Of a stretch of 64,000 bases of DNA, positions 13,748 to 25,892 are shown piece after piece. Position 1 is the stretch's first letter. Each line of letters begins with the position of its first letter. The notes under the pieces are model-generated. The model saw only the letters and a list, made by a program, of their open reading frames with translations, made no database searches and was not told the origin of the DNA. Where the stretch lies: NCBI RefSeq assembly GCF_036321535.1, contig NC_087436.1, positions 56,236,001 through 56,300,000 of the forward strand, written 5' to 3'. This DNA is from Camelus dromedarius. Lineage: Eukaryota. Both the position numbers and the translations under genes were made by a program.

Positions 13748-16700
13748 TATTTTGTTTTATTCAATTTTTCATTGAAATACAGTTCATTTACAATATAAGT
13801 TTCAGGTGAACAACACAATGACTCAGTATTTTTATAGATTATATTCCATTTAAAGTTATAAAATAATGGCTGTGTTTCCCTGTGCTATACAACATAACTT
13901 TGTGGCTTATCTATTTTAAACGTAGTAGTTTGTACCTCTTAATCCCGTATGCCTATCTTGCCCCTCCTTCTTCCCTATCCCCACTGATAACCACTAGTTT
14001 TTTTCTCTATATATGTGAATCTTTGTTTTGTTATATTCATTTGTTTCATTTTTTAGATTCCACATATAAGTGATAACATACAGTATCTTTCTCTGACATA
14101 TTTTGCTAAACATAATACCCTCTAGGCCGCATGTTGTAGCAAATAGCAGAATTTCACTATTTTGTATGTCTGAGTAATATTCCATTGTATATGTATACCA
14201 TGTCTTTATCCATTTATCTGTCGATGAACACTTAGGTTGCTTCTATATCTTGGCTATTGTAAATAATGCTGCTATGAACATTGGGGTGCGTGTATCTTTT
14301 CAAATTAGTGTTTTTGTTTTCTTTGAATATTTATTCAGGACTGGAATTTCTGGGTCATATGGCAGTTCTAATTTTAGTTTTTTTTTTGAAGACTCCATAC
14401 CGTTTTCCATAGTGTCTGCACTAGTTTACATTCCCATCAATATGGGATTCCTTTTTTCCACAGCTTCGCCAACTTTTGTTATTTGTAGACTTTTTGATGT
14501 TAGCCATTCTGACAGGGGTGGAGTGGTATCTCATTGTGGTTTTGATTTGCATTTCTCTGTATTTAATGATGTTGAGCATCTTTTCATGTGCCTATTGGCC
14601 ATCTGTATGTCTTTGGAAAACATCTGTTCAAGTGTTCTCCCTATTTTTTATACAGGTTTGTTTTTTTCTTTTTTGAGTTTAAGTTTGAGTTATATGAGCT
14701 GTTTTAGCTATTTACCCCTTATCAGTGATAACATTTGCAAATATTTTCTCCCATTCAGCAGGGTTTTACCTTTTTGTTTTGTCAATGATTTTCTTCGCTG
14801 TGCAGAAGCTTTTAGGTTTAATTAGGTCTCATTTGTTTTTTACTTTTGTTTCTTTTGCCTTAGGAGACATCCAAAACAAATACTGCTATGATTTATGTCA
14901 GAGTGTTCTGTGCGTATTTTCATCTAGGATTTTATGGGTTCTAGTCTTACATTTTGGTGTTTAATCCATTTTATTTTTGTATATAGTCTAAGAAAATGTT
15001 CCAATTTCATTCTTTTGCATATAGCTCTCCATTTTTCCCAGCACCACTTATTGAAGATACTGTCTTTGCTCCATTGTATATTCTTGTCACCTTTGTCATA
15101 GATTAATTGACCATAGATGTGTGGGTTTATTTCTGGGTTATTTATTCTGTGCCATTTATCCATGTGTCTGTTTTTGTGCCAGTCCCATACTATTTTGATT
15201 ACTGTGGCTTTGTAGGGTAGTCTGAAGTCAGGGAGCATGCTACCTCCAGCTTTGTTCTTTTTTCTTAAGATTGCTTTGGCTATTCAGGATCTTTTGTGGT
15301 TCCATAAAAAAATCAGGATTATTTTTTTCTGTGAAAAAAATGTGTTGGGTGTTTTGATTAGTATTGCAATGAATCTGTAGATTGCTTTGGGTAGTATGGA
15401 CATTTTTAACAATATTAACTCTTCCATCCGTGAAAATGGGGTATCTTTCCATTTATTTGTATCATCTTCAGTTTCCTTCATCAGTGTCTTATAGTTTTCA
15501 GAGTACAGGTCTTTCATCTCCTTGGTTAAATTTATTTCTATGTATTTTACTCTTTTTGATGTGATTTTAAGCAGGATTGTTTTCTTGCTTTCTCTTTCTG
15601 ATAGTTCATTTTTAGCGTATACAAAAGCAACAGGTTTCTGTGTATTATCTTGCATCCTGTAATTTTACTGAGTTCATTTATTAGTTTTAATAGTTTTCTG
15701 GTGGAGACTTTAGGATTTTCTTTATATAGTATCACATCATCTGCACATAGTGTCAGTTTTACTTCTTTCCTTCCAATTTTAATGCCTTTTATTTTTCTTG
15801 TCTGATTCCTGTGGCTAGCTAGGACTTGCAATATTATATTAAATAGAAATGGCATGAGTGGGCATCTTTATCTTGTTCCTGATTTTAAAGGAAAAGCTTT
15901 TAGCTTTCCACTGTTGAGCATGATGTTAGTTGTGGGTTTGTCATAAATGGTCTTTATTATGTTGAGATATGACCCCTGTATACCAGCTTTGCACGTGTTG
16001 GGGCATGGGTTGTGGTGGTCCCAGCTCCAGTCAGAGTCCAGGACGGCTCCCCATGCGCTGCCTCTGCAAGCACCAGCAGTGCAGTGGCTGCCCTCACCCC
16101 ATTCAGATGTGCTCTGGGTCCAAGCTAGCTTTATCACTCATAACTGTGCACTCCCCTCAGCCACTGCAACCCTCCGCCTAGTGCGGAGCTGTGCCGAGGA
16201 GCAAGAGGGATTGGAGCAGGTGCTCAGCTCAGACCAGCATGTGCCGGGTCAGTCGCAGGAAACTGGCCAAGGCCCATGCAGTTTCAGTACACATACTCTG
16301 CCTTGTTCCTAGGAATAGGAAAGCATGTGCACACTCTTCACTAGCCCTTCTGTTTGTCCCAGTTGTTTTCGAACCAGCTAAGGGGAGTCATCTTCCAACT
16401 GTCCTACCCCATGGTTGGGGCAGCCAGTATGTGGCTTGAACCACTCACTCCCAGAGTGGATCTCCCATGTAATCTCTCTTCTCCTCTGTGTCCCTTCCCA
16501 GGGGCCCAGGTCCCAACCTGATCGCTTCTGTTCCCTTCCTACTCAATTCAAGATCTTTCTTATTACCTTGGCAGTAGAGGAGTCTTTCTGCCGGTCTTAA
16601 GTTTGTTTCCAGTGAGAATTGCTCCACATGTAGATATATTTTTGATGTGCTTATTAGGGGAGGTGAGCTCCACATGCTCGTACTCTGCCGTTTTGATCTC
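13748..16700 (-). mobile_element. Internally deleted L1: about 0.7 kb of 5'UTR joined directly to the 3' half of ORF2 and the 3'UTR
   Basis: ORF2 peptides in the ORF track ([28 protein letters not shown]) up to about 15991; then GC-rich 5'UTR ending in a decayed L1 start motif (tactctgccgttttg); imperfect TSD tttcctt(tt)tgttttt. Confidence 0.85.
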
Positions 16701-16824
16701 TTTTTGTTTCCTTTTTGTTTTTAGATTAACACCACTTTTATGTTTGTTTTTTTTTAGAGTTGTTTTGGATTTTATCCCATCTCCTTTAAAATACCCTTAA
16801 TCTAATATTAATACTAAATTAAGA

Positions 16825-17030
16825 ATATTTGCTGTATGCCAAACACTAAGTAATTTGTGTATTAACTCATTTAATCCTCAAAAATGTTATGGAATCAGTT
16901 CCACAATTATCCTCATGTTATAAATGAGGACCCTGGGGCACACAGAAGATAAGAAACTTACCCAAGAGAGGCACAGAAATGGGTTTTGAATCCAGGCAGT
17001 CTGGCCTGAGAACAGCCCTCTTATCTAGCA
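16825..17030 (-). mobile_element. MIR SINE
   Basis: actcatttaatcctca...aaatgagga...gaatccaggcagtctg. Confidence 0.75.
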
Positions 17031-17905
17031 CTGTAGGAATTACTTCATAAAGTAAGATTCTCAATCGTACACAATGGGATTAATCAACACGAAACAGCAA
17101 CCAAATATGCAAATAGGATATCCTAACATTGCCTCATAAGTGTTTTTATTATCCATTAATAAAACCCCATGTCTTGATAAACACTTGAGTAAATTACTTC
17201 ATATATGCCCCGAATTATTGAAGACAGCAGTTACTGAGCCACAAGGACAGAAACAGTGCTTTTCCTCACTGCAGCACTGACAAGTTATGGTTTATGGGTG
17301 AAGCCTTTTATTGTTTTCTGAACTTCAACCTATTTTTCTCTCTTCTTGGATGTTTTATATGTAGCTAAAAATAACTTCTAACTTGGAAAGGCTTCTCTCT
17401 TGTATAAATCAAATGGTTTGCTAAATGGGAAGGGTGGGAGGAAGCCAAGTCTCGGTGAAATCAACAAGCATTGAAATGAACAAAATATGAACAGAATTCA
17501 GAGGCCAGACCAAAGTACTAACTCCTGATTAAGATTAGCTTACAAATAAATAGCACTCAGAAAATATAATTAAATACTTACTACTCAATACAGTTAATTT
17601 CTAGCATCACAAAAAATACTGTATTTTTTTCTTGGTATTTTACATACAGTTTACATAAGGAGACTCACTGTGAAGTTACTTCAAATGGAAGAGTGTCAAT
17701 ATATTTGGTAGTGTGGAGTTCTGGAGATAATGCATGAAAAGGATATATTTTTTAATAAAAGGATGTAATTATAAGACTTTTATATTGATTTATCTTGCTG
17801 ATTCAGACAACCATTTACATAACAAACAGAATTATTCTTACACATTATTTTCCCTTCTGTACATCCTCTCATAAGCTTTTAATTACACAAAATGGGAATA
17901 AATGT

Positions 17906-18481
17906 GCTTTTTGTTTTATTGAGTTAGTCAGTTTACAGTGTTGTGTCAATTTCTGCTGTACACCAGACACAATTCTTCAGTCATACATGAATATAGATAT
18001 ATTCATTTTCACATTCTTTTTGATAATGAGGTACTACAAGATACTGAATATATTTCCCTGTGCTATACAATATAAACTTGTTTATCTGTTTTATATATAC
18101 CAGTCAGTATCTGCAAATCTCGAACTCCCAGTTTATCCCTTCCCACCTGCTCCCCCCTGACAACCATGTCTGTATTTTGTGTGTGTATTCTGTTTTATAT
18201 ATAAGTTCATTTGTCTTTTTTTAAGATTCTACATATAAGTGATATCATATGGTATTTTTCTTTCTCTTTCTGGCTTCCTTCACTTAGAATGACATTCTCC
18301 AGGGCCATCCATGTTGCTGCAAATGGCATTTTATCATTTTTTATGACTGAGTAGTATTCCATTGTATAAATATACAACAACTTCTTTTTCCAGTCATCTG
18401 TCGATGGACATTTAGGTTGTTTCCATGTCTTGGCTATTGTAAATAGTGCTACTATGAACATTGGTGTGCAGGTGTCTTTTG
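17906..18481 (-). mobile_element. 5'-truncated L1 (ORF2 C-terminus and 3'UTR)
   Basis: MFIVALFTIAKTWKQPKCPS peptide; 12-bp TSD gggaataaatgt at 17894 and 18482. Confidence 0.93.
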
Positions 18482-19350
18482 GGGAATAAATGTTTTATCA
18501 TTTTTATCAGTATCTGTGTTCAGTTCTTTGTGCTGTTATCTAAGAGAAGTGTTAGTAATGAGGGTTTTACTTGTTATTTTTGTATTTCTAAACTTTAGAG
18601 AAAAAAAAATCTGTTCATGGAAATAACTGGAGATTTTTGAGCAATTTAGCTGTTGCAGAGAATCATGCTGTGCTAACTGGATTCCTTGTAAGATCAGCCA
18701 AATCAGCTCATCATTAACCTTCTAGCCCTTAAATATTTTCTGCCTCCTTTATCCCTGATCCACACACAGTTCCTCAAGCCAGAAACTGGGAATAGTTTTG
18801 TCTTGCACCTTCCTTTCCACATATAATCAACTCTTCTGCCCTATCCCTCACCCTTTCAAATTGCTTTCCATTCTTTTCTCCCTAGTCCACTTGGTACTTC
18901 CTTAATTCACTCTTCATGATCTTTCACCAGGATTATGACAATAGCCTTATAAACTGGTTTCCAGCTTCTTTTGTGCCTCCCTAATAATCCACACTGCTCC
19001 CAAAATAGTCGTTCTTTTTAAAAATTTTTTTAAAATATTTTTATTGAGGTATAGTCAGTTTATGATGTGTCAATTTCTGGTGTACAGCACAATGCTTGAG
19101 TCATATAGGAACATACATATATTCATTTTTATATTCTTTTTCACCATAAGTTACTATAAGATGTTGAATATAGTTCCCTGTGCTATACAGTATAAACTTG
19201 TTTATCTATTTTATATATATTAGTATCTACAAGTCTCAAACTCCCAATTTATCCCTCCCACCCTCTTCCCCCACTGTAACCATGTTTGTTTTCTATGTCT
19301 GTGAGTCTGTTTCTGTTTTGTAAATAAGTTTGTCTTTTTTTTTTTTTTTT

Positions 19351-22300
19351 TTAGATTCCACATATAAGTGATAGCATATGGTGTTTTTCTTTCTCTTTCT
19401 GGTTTACTTCACTTAGAATGACATTCTCCAGGTCCATCCATGTTGCTGCAAATGGCATTATTTTATTATTTTTATGGCCAAGTAATATTCCACTGTATAA
19501 ATATACCACAGCTTCTTTATCCAGTCATCTGTCAGTGGACATTTAGGTTGTTTCCATGTCTTGGCTATTGTAAATAGTGCTGCTATAAACATTGAGGTGC
19601 ATGTATATCTTTTTGAATTAAGGTTCCCTCTGGATCTATGCCCAAGAGTGGGATTGCTGGATCACATGGTAAGTCTGTTTTTAGTTTTTTGAGGAATCTC
19701 CATACTGTTTTCCATAATGGCTACATCAAACTACATTCCCACCAACAGCATGGGAGGGTTCCCTTTTCTCCACAGCCTCTCCACCATTTATCATTTGTGG
19801 ACTTCTGAATGATGGCCATTCTGACTGGTGTGAGGTGATACCTCATTGTAGTTTTGATTTTCATTTCTCTGACAATTAGTGATATTGAGCATTCTTTCAT
19901 GTGCCTATTGTCTATTCATATGTCTTCATTGGAGGATTGCTTTTTTAGGTCTTCTGCCCATTTTTGGATTGGATTGTTTGTTTTTTTCTTATTAAGTTAG
20001 CTGTTTATAAATTCTGGAAATTAAGCTTTTGTCAGTCTCATCTTTTGCAAATATTTTTTCCCGTTCTGTAGGTGGTGGTTTTGTTTTGCTTATGGTTTCC
20101 TTTGCTGTGCAAAAGCTTGTAAGTTTAAATTAGGTCCTATTTGTTTATTCCTGCTTTTATTTCTATTCTTTGGGTAGACTGCTCTAGGAGAACATTGCTA
20201 AGATTTATGTCAGATAATATTTTGCCTATGTTTTCTTCTAAGAGGTTTATGGTGTCTTGTCTTATGTTTAAGTCTTTAAGCCATTTTGAGTTTCTTTTTG
20301 TGTATGATGTGAGGGAGTATTCTAACTTCATTGATTTAAATGCAGCTGTCCAGTTTTCCCAACACTGTTTGCTGAAGAGACTGTCTTTACTCCATTGTAA
20401 TTTCTTGCTTTCTTTGTCAAAGATTAATTGACCAAAGTTTGTGGATTTATTTCTGGGCTCTCTATTCTGTTCCATTGATCCATATGTCTGTTTTTGTACC
20501 AGCACCATGCTGTTTTGGTTACTGTAGCTGTGTAGTTTTGTTGGAAGTCTGGGAGGGTTACTCCTCCAGCTTCATTCTTTTTCTTCAGTATGCTCTGGCA
20601 ATTCTAGGTCTTTTGTAATTCCATATAAATTTAAGGATTATTTGTTCCAATGCTGTGAAAAATGTCCTGGGTAATTTGATAGGGATCACATTAAATCTGT
20701 AGATTGCTTTGGGTAGTATGGCCATTTTAAGCATATTAATTCTTCCAGTCCAAGAACATGGGATACCTTTCCCTTTCTTTAAGTCATCTTTAATTTCTTT
20801 AGTCAGTGTTTTGTAGTTCTCCACATGTAAGTCTTTCACTTCCTTAGTCAGATTTATTCCTAAGTATTTTATTTTTTTGGATGCAATGTTAAAAGGGATT
20901 GTTTCTTTACGTTCCTTTTCTGATATTTCAGTATTAGTGTAAAGAAATGCCACTGATTTCTGTATGTTAATCTTGTACCTTGCTACCTTGCTAATTTCTT
21001 TATTAGTTCTAGGTGTTTTTGTGTGGAGCCTTTAGGGTTTTCTATACATAGTATCATGTTATCTGCATATAATGACAATTTTACCTCTTTTCCAATTTGG
21101 ATCCCTTTTACTTCTTTCTCTTGTCTAATTGCTATGGCTAGGACTACCAGTAGTATATTGAATAGAAATGGTGATAGTGGGCAGCCTTGTCTTGTTCCAG
21201 ATTTTAGGGGGAAAGCTTTCAGCTTTTCGCCATTGAGTATTATGCTGGCTGTAGGTTTGTCATAAATAGCTTTTATTATGTTGAGATATGTTCCCTCTTT
21301 ACCCACTTTGGTAAGAGTTTTTATCATAAATGAGTGTCGGATTTTATTGAATGCTTTTTCTGTATCTGTTGAGATGATCATATGATTTTTATTCTTTCTC
21401 TTGTTGATGTGATGTATCACGTTGATTTGCATATGTTGAACCATCCTTATGTCCCTGGAATGAACCCAACTTGATAATGATGTATGATCTTTTTTATGTG
21501 TTATTGCATTCTGTTTGCTAATATTTTGTTGAGGATTTTTGCATATATGTTCATCAGTAATATTGGCCTGTAGCTTTCTTTTTTGGTAGTGTCTTTGTCT
21601 GGCTTTGGTTTCAGGGTGATGGTGGCTGCATAGAATGAGTTTGGGAGTGTTACCTCCTCTTTGGAAGAGTTTGAGAAGGATTGGTATGAGCTCTTCTTTG
21701 TATGTTTGATAGAATTCCCCAGTGAACCCATCTGGTCCTGGACTTCTGTTTGCAGGGAGAGTGTTTATTGCTGATTCTATTTCACTTATAGTGATTGGTC
21801 TGTTCAGATGATCTGTTTCTTCTCGATTCAGTTTTGGTGGCCTGTATGTTTCTAGAAACTTGTCCATTTCTTCTAGGTTGTCCAATGTATTGTCATATAG
21901 TTGTTCATAGTATTCTCCTACAATTTTTTTGTATTTCTTGGTGTTGGCTGCAATCTCTCCATTTTTATTTCTTATTTTATTTATTTGTGTGCTCTCTTTT
22001 CTTCTTAGTGAGCCTGGCCAGAGGTTAGTCAATTTTGTTTACCCTTTCAAAAAAAACCAGCTCTTAGTTTGATTTTTTTTTCTAATTTTTTAATCTCCAT
22101 TTTATTTCCTCCCTGATCTTTATTCTTTCTTTCCTTCTGCTGACTTTAGGTTTTGTTTGTTCTTTTCCTAATTCTTTTAGGTGGTAAGTTAGGTTGTTTA
22201 TTTGAGATTGTTCTTTTTTTGAGGAAGGCCTGTATCACTATGAACTTCCCTCTTAGGACTGCTTTTGCTGTGTTCCATAGATTTTGTGTGGTTGTGTTTT

Positions 22301-23116
22301 CATTGTCATTTGTCTCGTTTTTTAGTTTCTTTGATTTCATCTTTGACCCATTGGTTTTTTAGTAACATGTTGTTTAGTCTCTGTGCTGTCATTTTTTTCT
22401 CATTTGTTTTTCTGTGATTGATTTCATGCCATTGTGGTCAGAGAAGAGGCTTGAAATAATTTCTGTCCTCTTAAATTTATTTAGGCTTCTTTTGTGCCCA
22501 AGTATGTGATCTATCCTAGAGAATGTTCCATTAGCACTTGAAAAGAATGTATATTCTGGTTTTTTGGGGATGCAGTGTCCTAAAAATATCAACCAAGTCC
22601 AACTGTTCTATTGTGTCATTTAGTATCTCCATTGCCTTACTGATTTTCTGTCTGGAAGATCTGTCCAATGATGTTTGTCAGGTGCTAAGGTCTCCTAGTA
22701 TTATTGTATTCCCATGAATTTCCCACTTTATGTCTGTTACTATTTGTTCTATATTTTGAGGTACTTCTATATTGGGTGCATATATGTTTACAAGTATAAT
22801 ATCTTCAGCTTGTATTTCTCCTTTGATCATTATATAGTGTCCTTTATCTCTCTCTATGGCCTTTGTTTTAAAGTCTGTTTTGTCTGATATGAGTATTGCT
22901 ACTCCCATTTTCTTGTCATTTCCATTTGCATGAAATATCTTTTTCCATCCTTTCACTTTGAGTCTATATGTGTCCTTTACTCTAAAGTGAGTCTCTTGTA
23001 GGCAGCATATTGTAGGCTTTTGTTTTATTACCCAGTCTGCCACTCTGTCTTTTGATTGGAGCATTTAGTCCTTTGACATTTATAGTGATTATTGATAGAT
23101 GTGTGTTTATTGCCAA
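19351..23116 (-). pseudogene. L1 ORF2p (endonuclease/reverse transcriptase), disrupted
   Basis: Start codon decayed to [36 protein letters not shown] (from YADDM); several frameshifts. Confidence 0.93.
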
Positions 23117-23529
23117 TTTAAACTTTGCTTTCCAGGTGATTTGGTATTTTTTTCCTTTTCCTTTTTTTCTTATTGTGGTTTGATAATTTTCTTTTCTATT
23201 AGCTTGGTTTCTTTTTGGTTTTTGTGATTCTACTGTATACTTTTCATTTGTGGTTACCCTGTGTTTCTAGTACACTAACTCGTTACTGTATCTGTTTGCT
23301 TTAGACTGATAGTCATGTAGGTTCAAACACATCCTAAAAAGAACAAAGAAAAAAAGAGAGAGAAAAAAATCTATAATTTCTTCCTCCCCTCTCCCACCTT
23401 TTATAATTTTGATATTCTTTTTTAAATTTATTTTTTACATCTTCATGTTTATTCTCTTGCAGTTCACTGTAGTTATTGCATTTCCAATTACGGGTTTCTC
23501 ATTGCTATAGCTTCCTGTTTCTTTTCTAT

Positions 23530-24414
23530 TTAGAGTAGACCTTTCAATATTTCTTTTAGCATAGGTTTAGTATTACTAGATTCTCTTAATTTTTGCTTGT
23601 CTGTGAAATTCCTTATCTCTCCTTCTACTCTAAAAGATAGTCTTGCCGGATAGAATATCCTAGGTTGCAGCTTTTTCTCATTCAGGACTTTGAATATATC
23701 TTGCCACTCCCTTCTGGCCACCCGTGTTTATGTACAGAAATCAGCTGAAAGTCTTATGGGAGTTCCCTTGTAACTATTTGTTTTTCTCTTACTGCCTTTA
23801 GAATCCATTCTTTATCTTTCACTTTGGCCATCTTAATTATAATATGGCTTGGTGTAGGTCTGTTTGGGCTCTTCTTTTTTGAGACCCTCTGTGCCTCCTG
23901 TACTTGGATATCTGTTTCCTTCTTTAGGTTTGAGAAGTTTTCAGTCATGATTTCTTCAAATACTCTTTCAATCCCTTTTTCTCTTTCTTCTCCTTCTGAG
24001 ACCCCTGTTATGCATAGGTTTGCATGCTTTATATTATCCCATATTTCCCTTATACTGCTTTCATTGGTTTTTATTTGCTTTTCTTTCTGCTGTTCTGATT
24101 GGGTGACTTCTGTTACCCTGTCTTCTAAGTCACTTATTCATTCCTCTGCAATATCTAGTCTGCTTTTGACTGACTTTAGCTCGGCTCTTATCTCAGCAAT
24201 TGAGTTTTCTGTTTTTAATTGACTCTTTATAGTTTCAATTTCCTTTTTAAAGTATTCTCTGTCTTTATTGATAGTCTCTTTTAGTTCCTTCAGTGCCTTG
24301 ATCATTCTCTTTTTGAAGTCATGATCTAGTAGACTATTAGTCTATTTCATTGATCATTCTTTCAGAGGATTTTTCTTGTTCTTTTAATTGGGAGTAGTTC
24401 CTCTGCCTCTTCAT
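23530..24414 (-). pseudogene. L1 ORF1p, disrupted
   Basis: Starts MKRQRNYSQLKEQ; fragments IQVQEAQRV, ARREWQDIFKVL, YPARLSF in different frames. Confidence 0.85.
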
Positions 24415-25892
24415 TTTACTTATATTTCTCTGGCTCTATGGATTTATGAGTATCAGTTATCTGCTGTGGTCTTGAAGGGCTGTTTTAGTTTCTGGTTTTT
24501 TTTATTTAAAGTGGGAGCATTCCTATGTAGACTGTATACATCTAATAGTTTGTTGCTATGGCTCTTCTTAGTATGGATAGTTGCCATATCTTTCTTCCAT
24601 GAGTGTTGGCTGTTATCCCTCTGATTAGGGGTGTGGTTAGAGTTGTGGTTTTCAGAACTTGCCCTGATTGTTGTTGTTGAGCCAGGCCTCCTTTTTGGTT
24701 CTGTAGTTGTCATATCCTTGGCAGGGTCCTGGTATGCTCACTTGTTGCTGGAATAGAGACGTCTAGACCCATTTCTGAGCTGTGGTGTGTAGCAGGCAGG
24801 GTTGGAGCACTTCAGCTGGGAAGAAGAGTAGGCAGGAGATGTGCACTGGGAGGTGCCCTCTCTGGTGTTGTCTGTCACTTGTTTTGCAGGCTTACAAAGT
24901 ACTCTTTATTGACGCTGCCTTTGTCCCCGCCTTATCTGTGGGAATGTTGGCCACCTGGTCTGGTGTCTCCCAGGTTCTGAGCCTCAGGAACCACCAGTGC
25001 AGATCCAGCATTCAGGCACTGGGAACCGGGATAGCAAGCATGCAGTCACACACCTGAATCTGTGGTGTGCCAGAACTCTGCTCACTGCCTGCTCATCCCA
25101 GAGGTGAGAGTCTACAACGGGTCCAGAGAGAGCAAATCTGCCGTCTCTGCCTGGGGCTATAAACAAATCTCAGTCCTGCCTGTGAAGTTGCAGGACCTCT
25201 TGGTCTGGATTCAGCTTTCAGCCCTGCCTCCATGCAGCAGTGATGGCTATGACTAAGCCCCACCTCTCTTCTCATGCAAGAACACACCAAGTGGAGAAAG
25301 CGGCTATGGTGTGTTGCGCCCCTACCCCCCCACCCCAGCTGTTCTGTTCCATACACACCCCCAGCCAGAGCTCACACTGCCCTCCAGTCCCCTGAGGCTG
25401 CCTTTGTGCAGCGGGCCCCAGCCCTTTGCCTGGGCTCCTTACCGATCTCTAGCAGCCAGCTGGCTTGTCCCTGCTGGCTTGTGTCTCGGGCCGGGGATCA
25501 CAGGGACCCTCCAGGTAAGTTTCCCTGAGTTCTGTCTGCCAAGCATTTTGCCAGTTTCTCCCCCAAGCATCAGAAGCTCTGCTTCTGTCCCTGCTGACCT
25601 CCTGGCTGGAGAAGGGGGCGTCCCAGCATGAGGGTACCTTTCTTCTCATGCCACTCCCTCCCTGCAGTACTGGTCCTGCATCGATTTTTCCTTTTTTCTT
25701 TTTTCATTTCTTACCGGATTTTGTGACAATCCTCTTGTATTTTGAAACAAGAGACACTCTGCCAAAGTTCTGTAGGTGTTCTGTGCAATTCAGTGGGTTT
25801 GTAGTTGTAATTCTTGGTGTATTTGTGGGAGAGGGCGAGCTGTGAGTCTCTCTACTCCACCATCTTAGCTTAACCCCAAAACAGTCCTTCTT

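Larger units (their letters stand above)
19017..25876 (-). mobile_element. Full-length inactive LINE-1 (about 6.9 kb), antisense to UNC5C
   Basis: About 1.45-kb GC-rich 5'UTR starting with a YY1-like aagatggtgg, ORF1, spacer, ORF2, 3'UTR and A-rich tail; TSD cccaaaatagtcgttctt/cccaaaacagtccttctt followed by aaag. Confidence 0.96.

Noticed and set aside
14250..14825. 191-aa hydrophobic ORF on +
   Set aside because: Antisense reading of T-rich L1 sequence; no independent coding evidence
20983..22032. 349-aa ORF as an active reverse transcriptase gene
   Set aside because: It is a fragment of L1 ORF2 that drifts out of frame internally, has YADNM instead of YADDM, and sits in an element with many frameshifts
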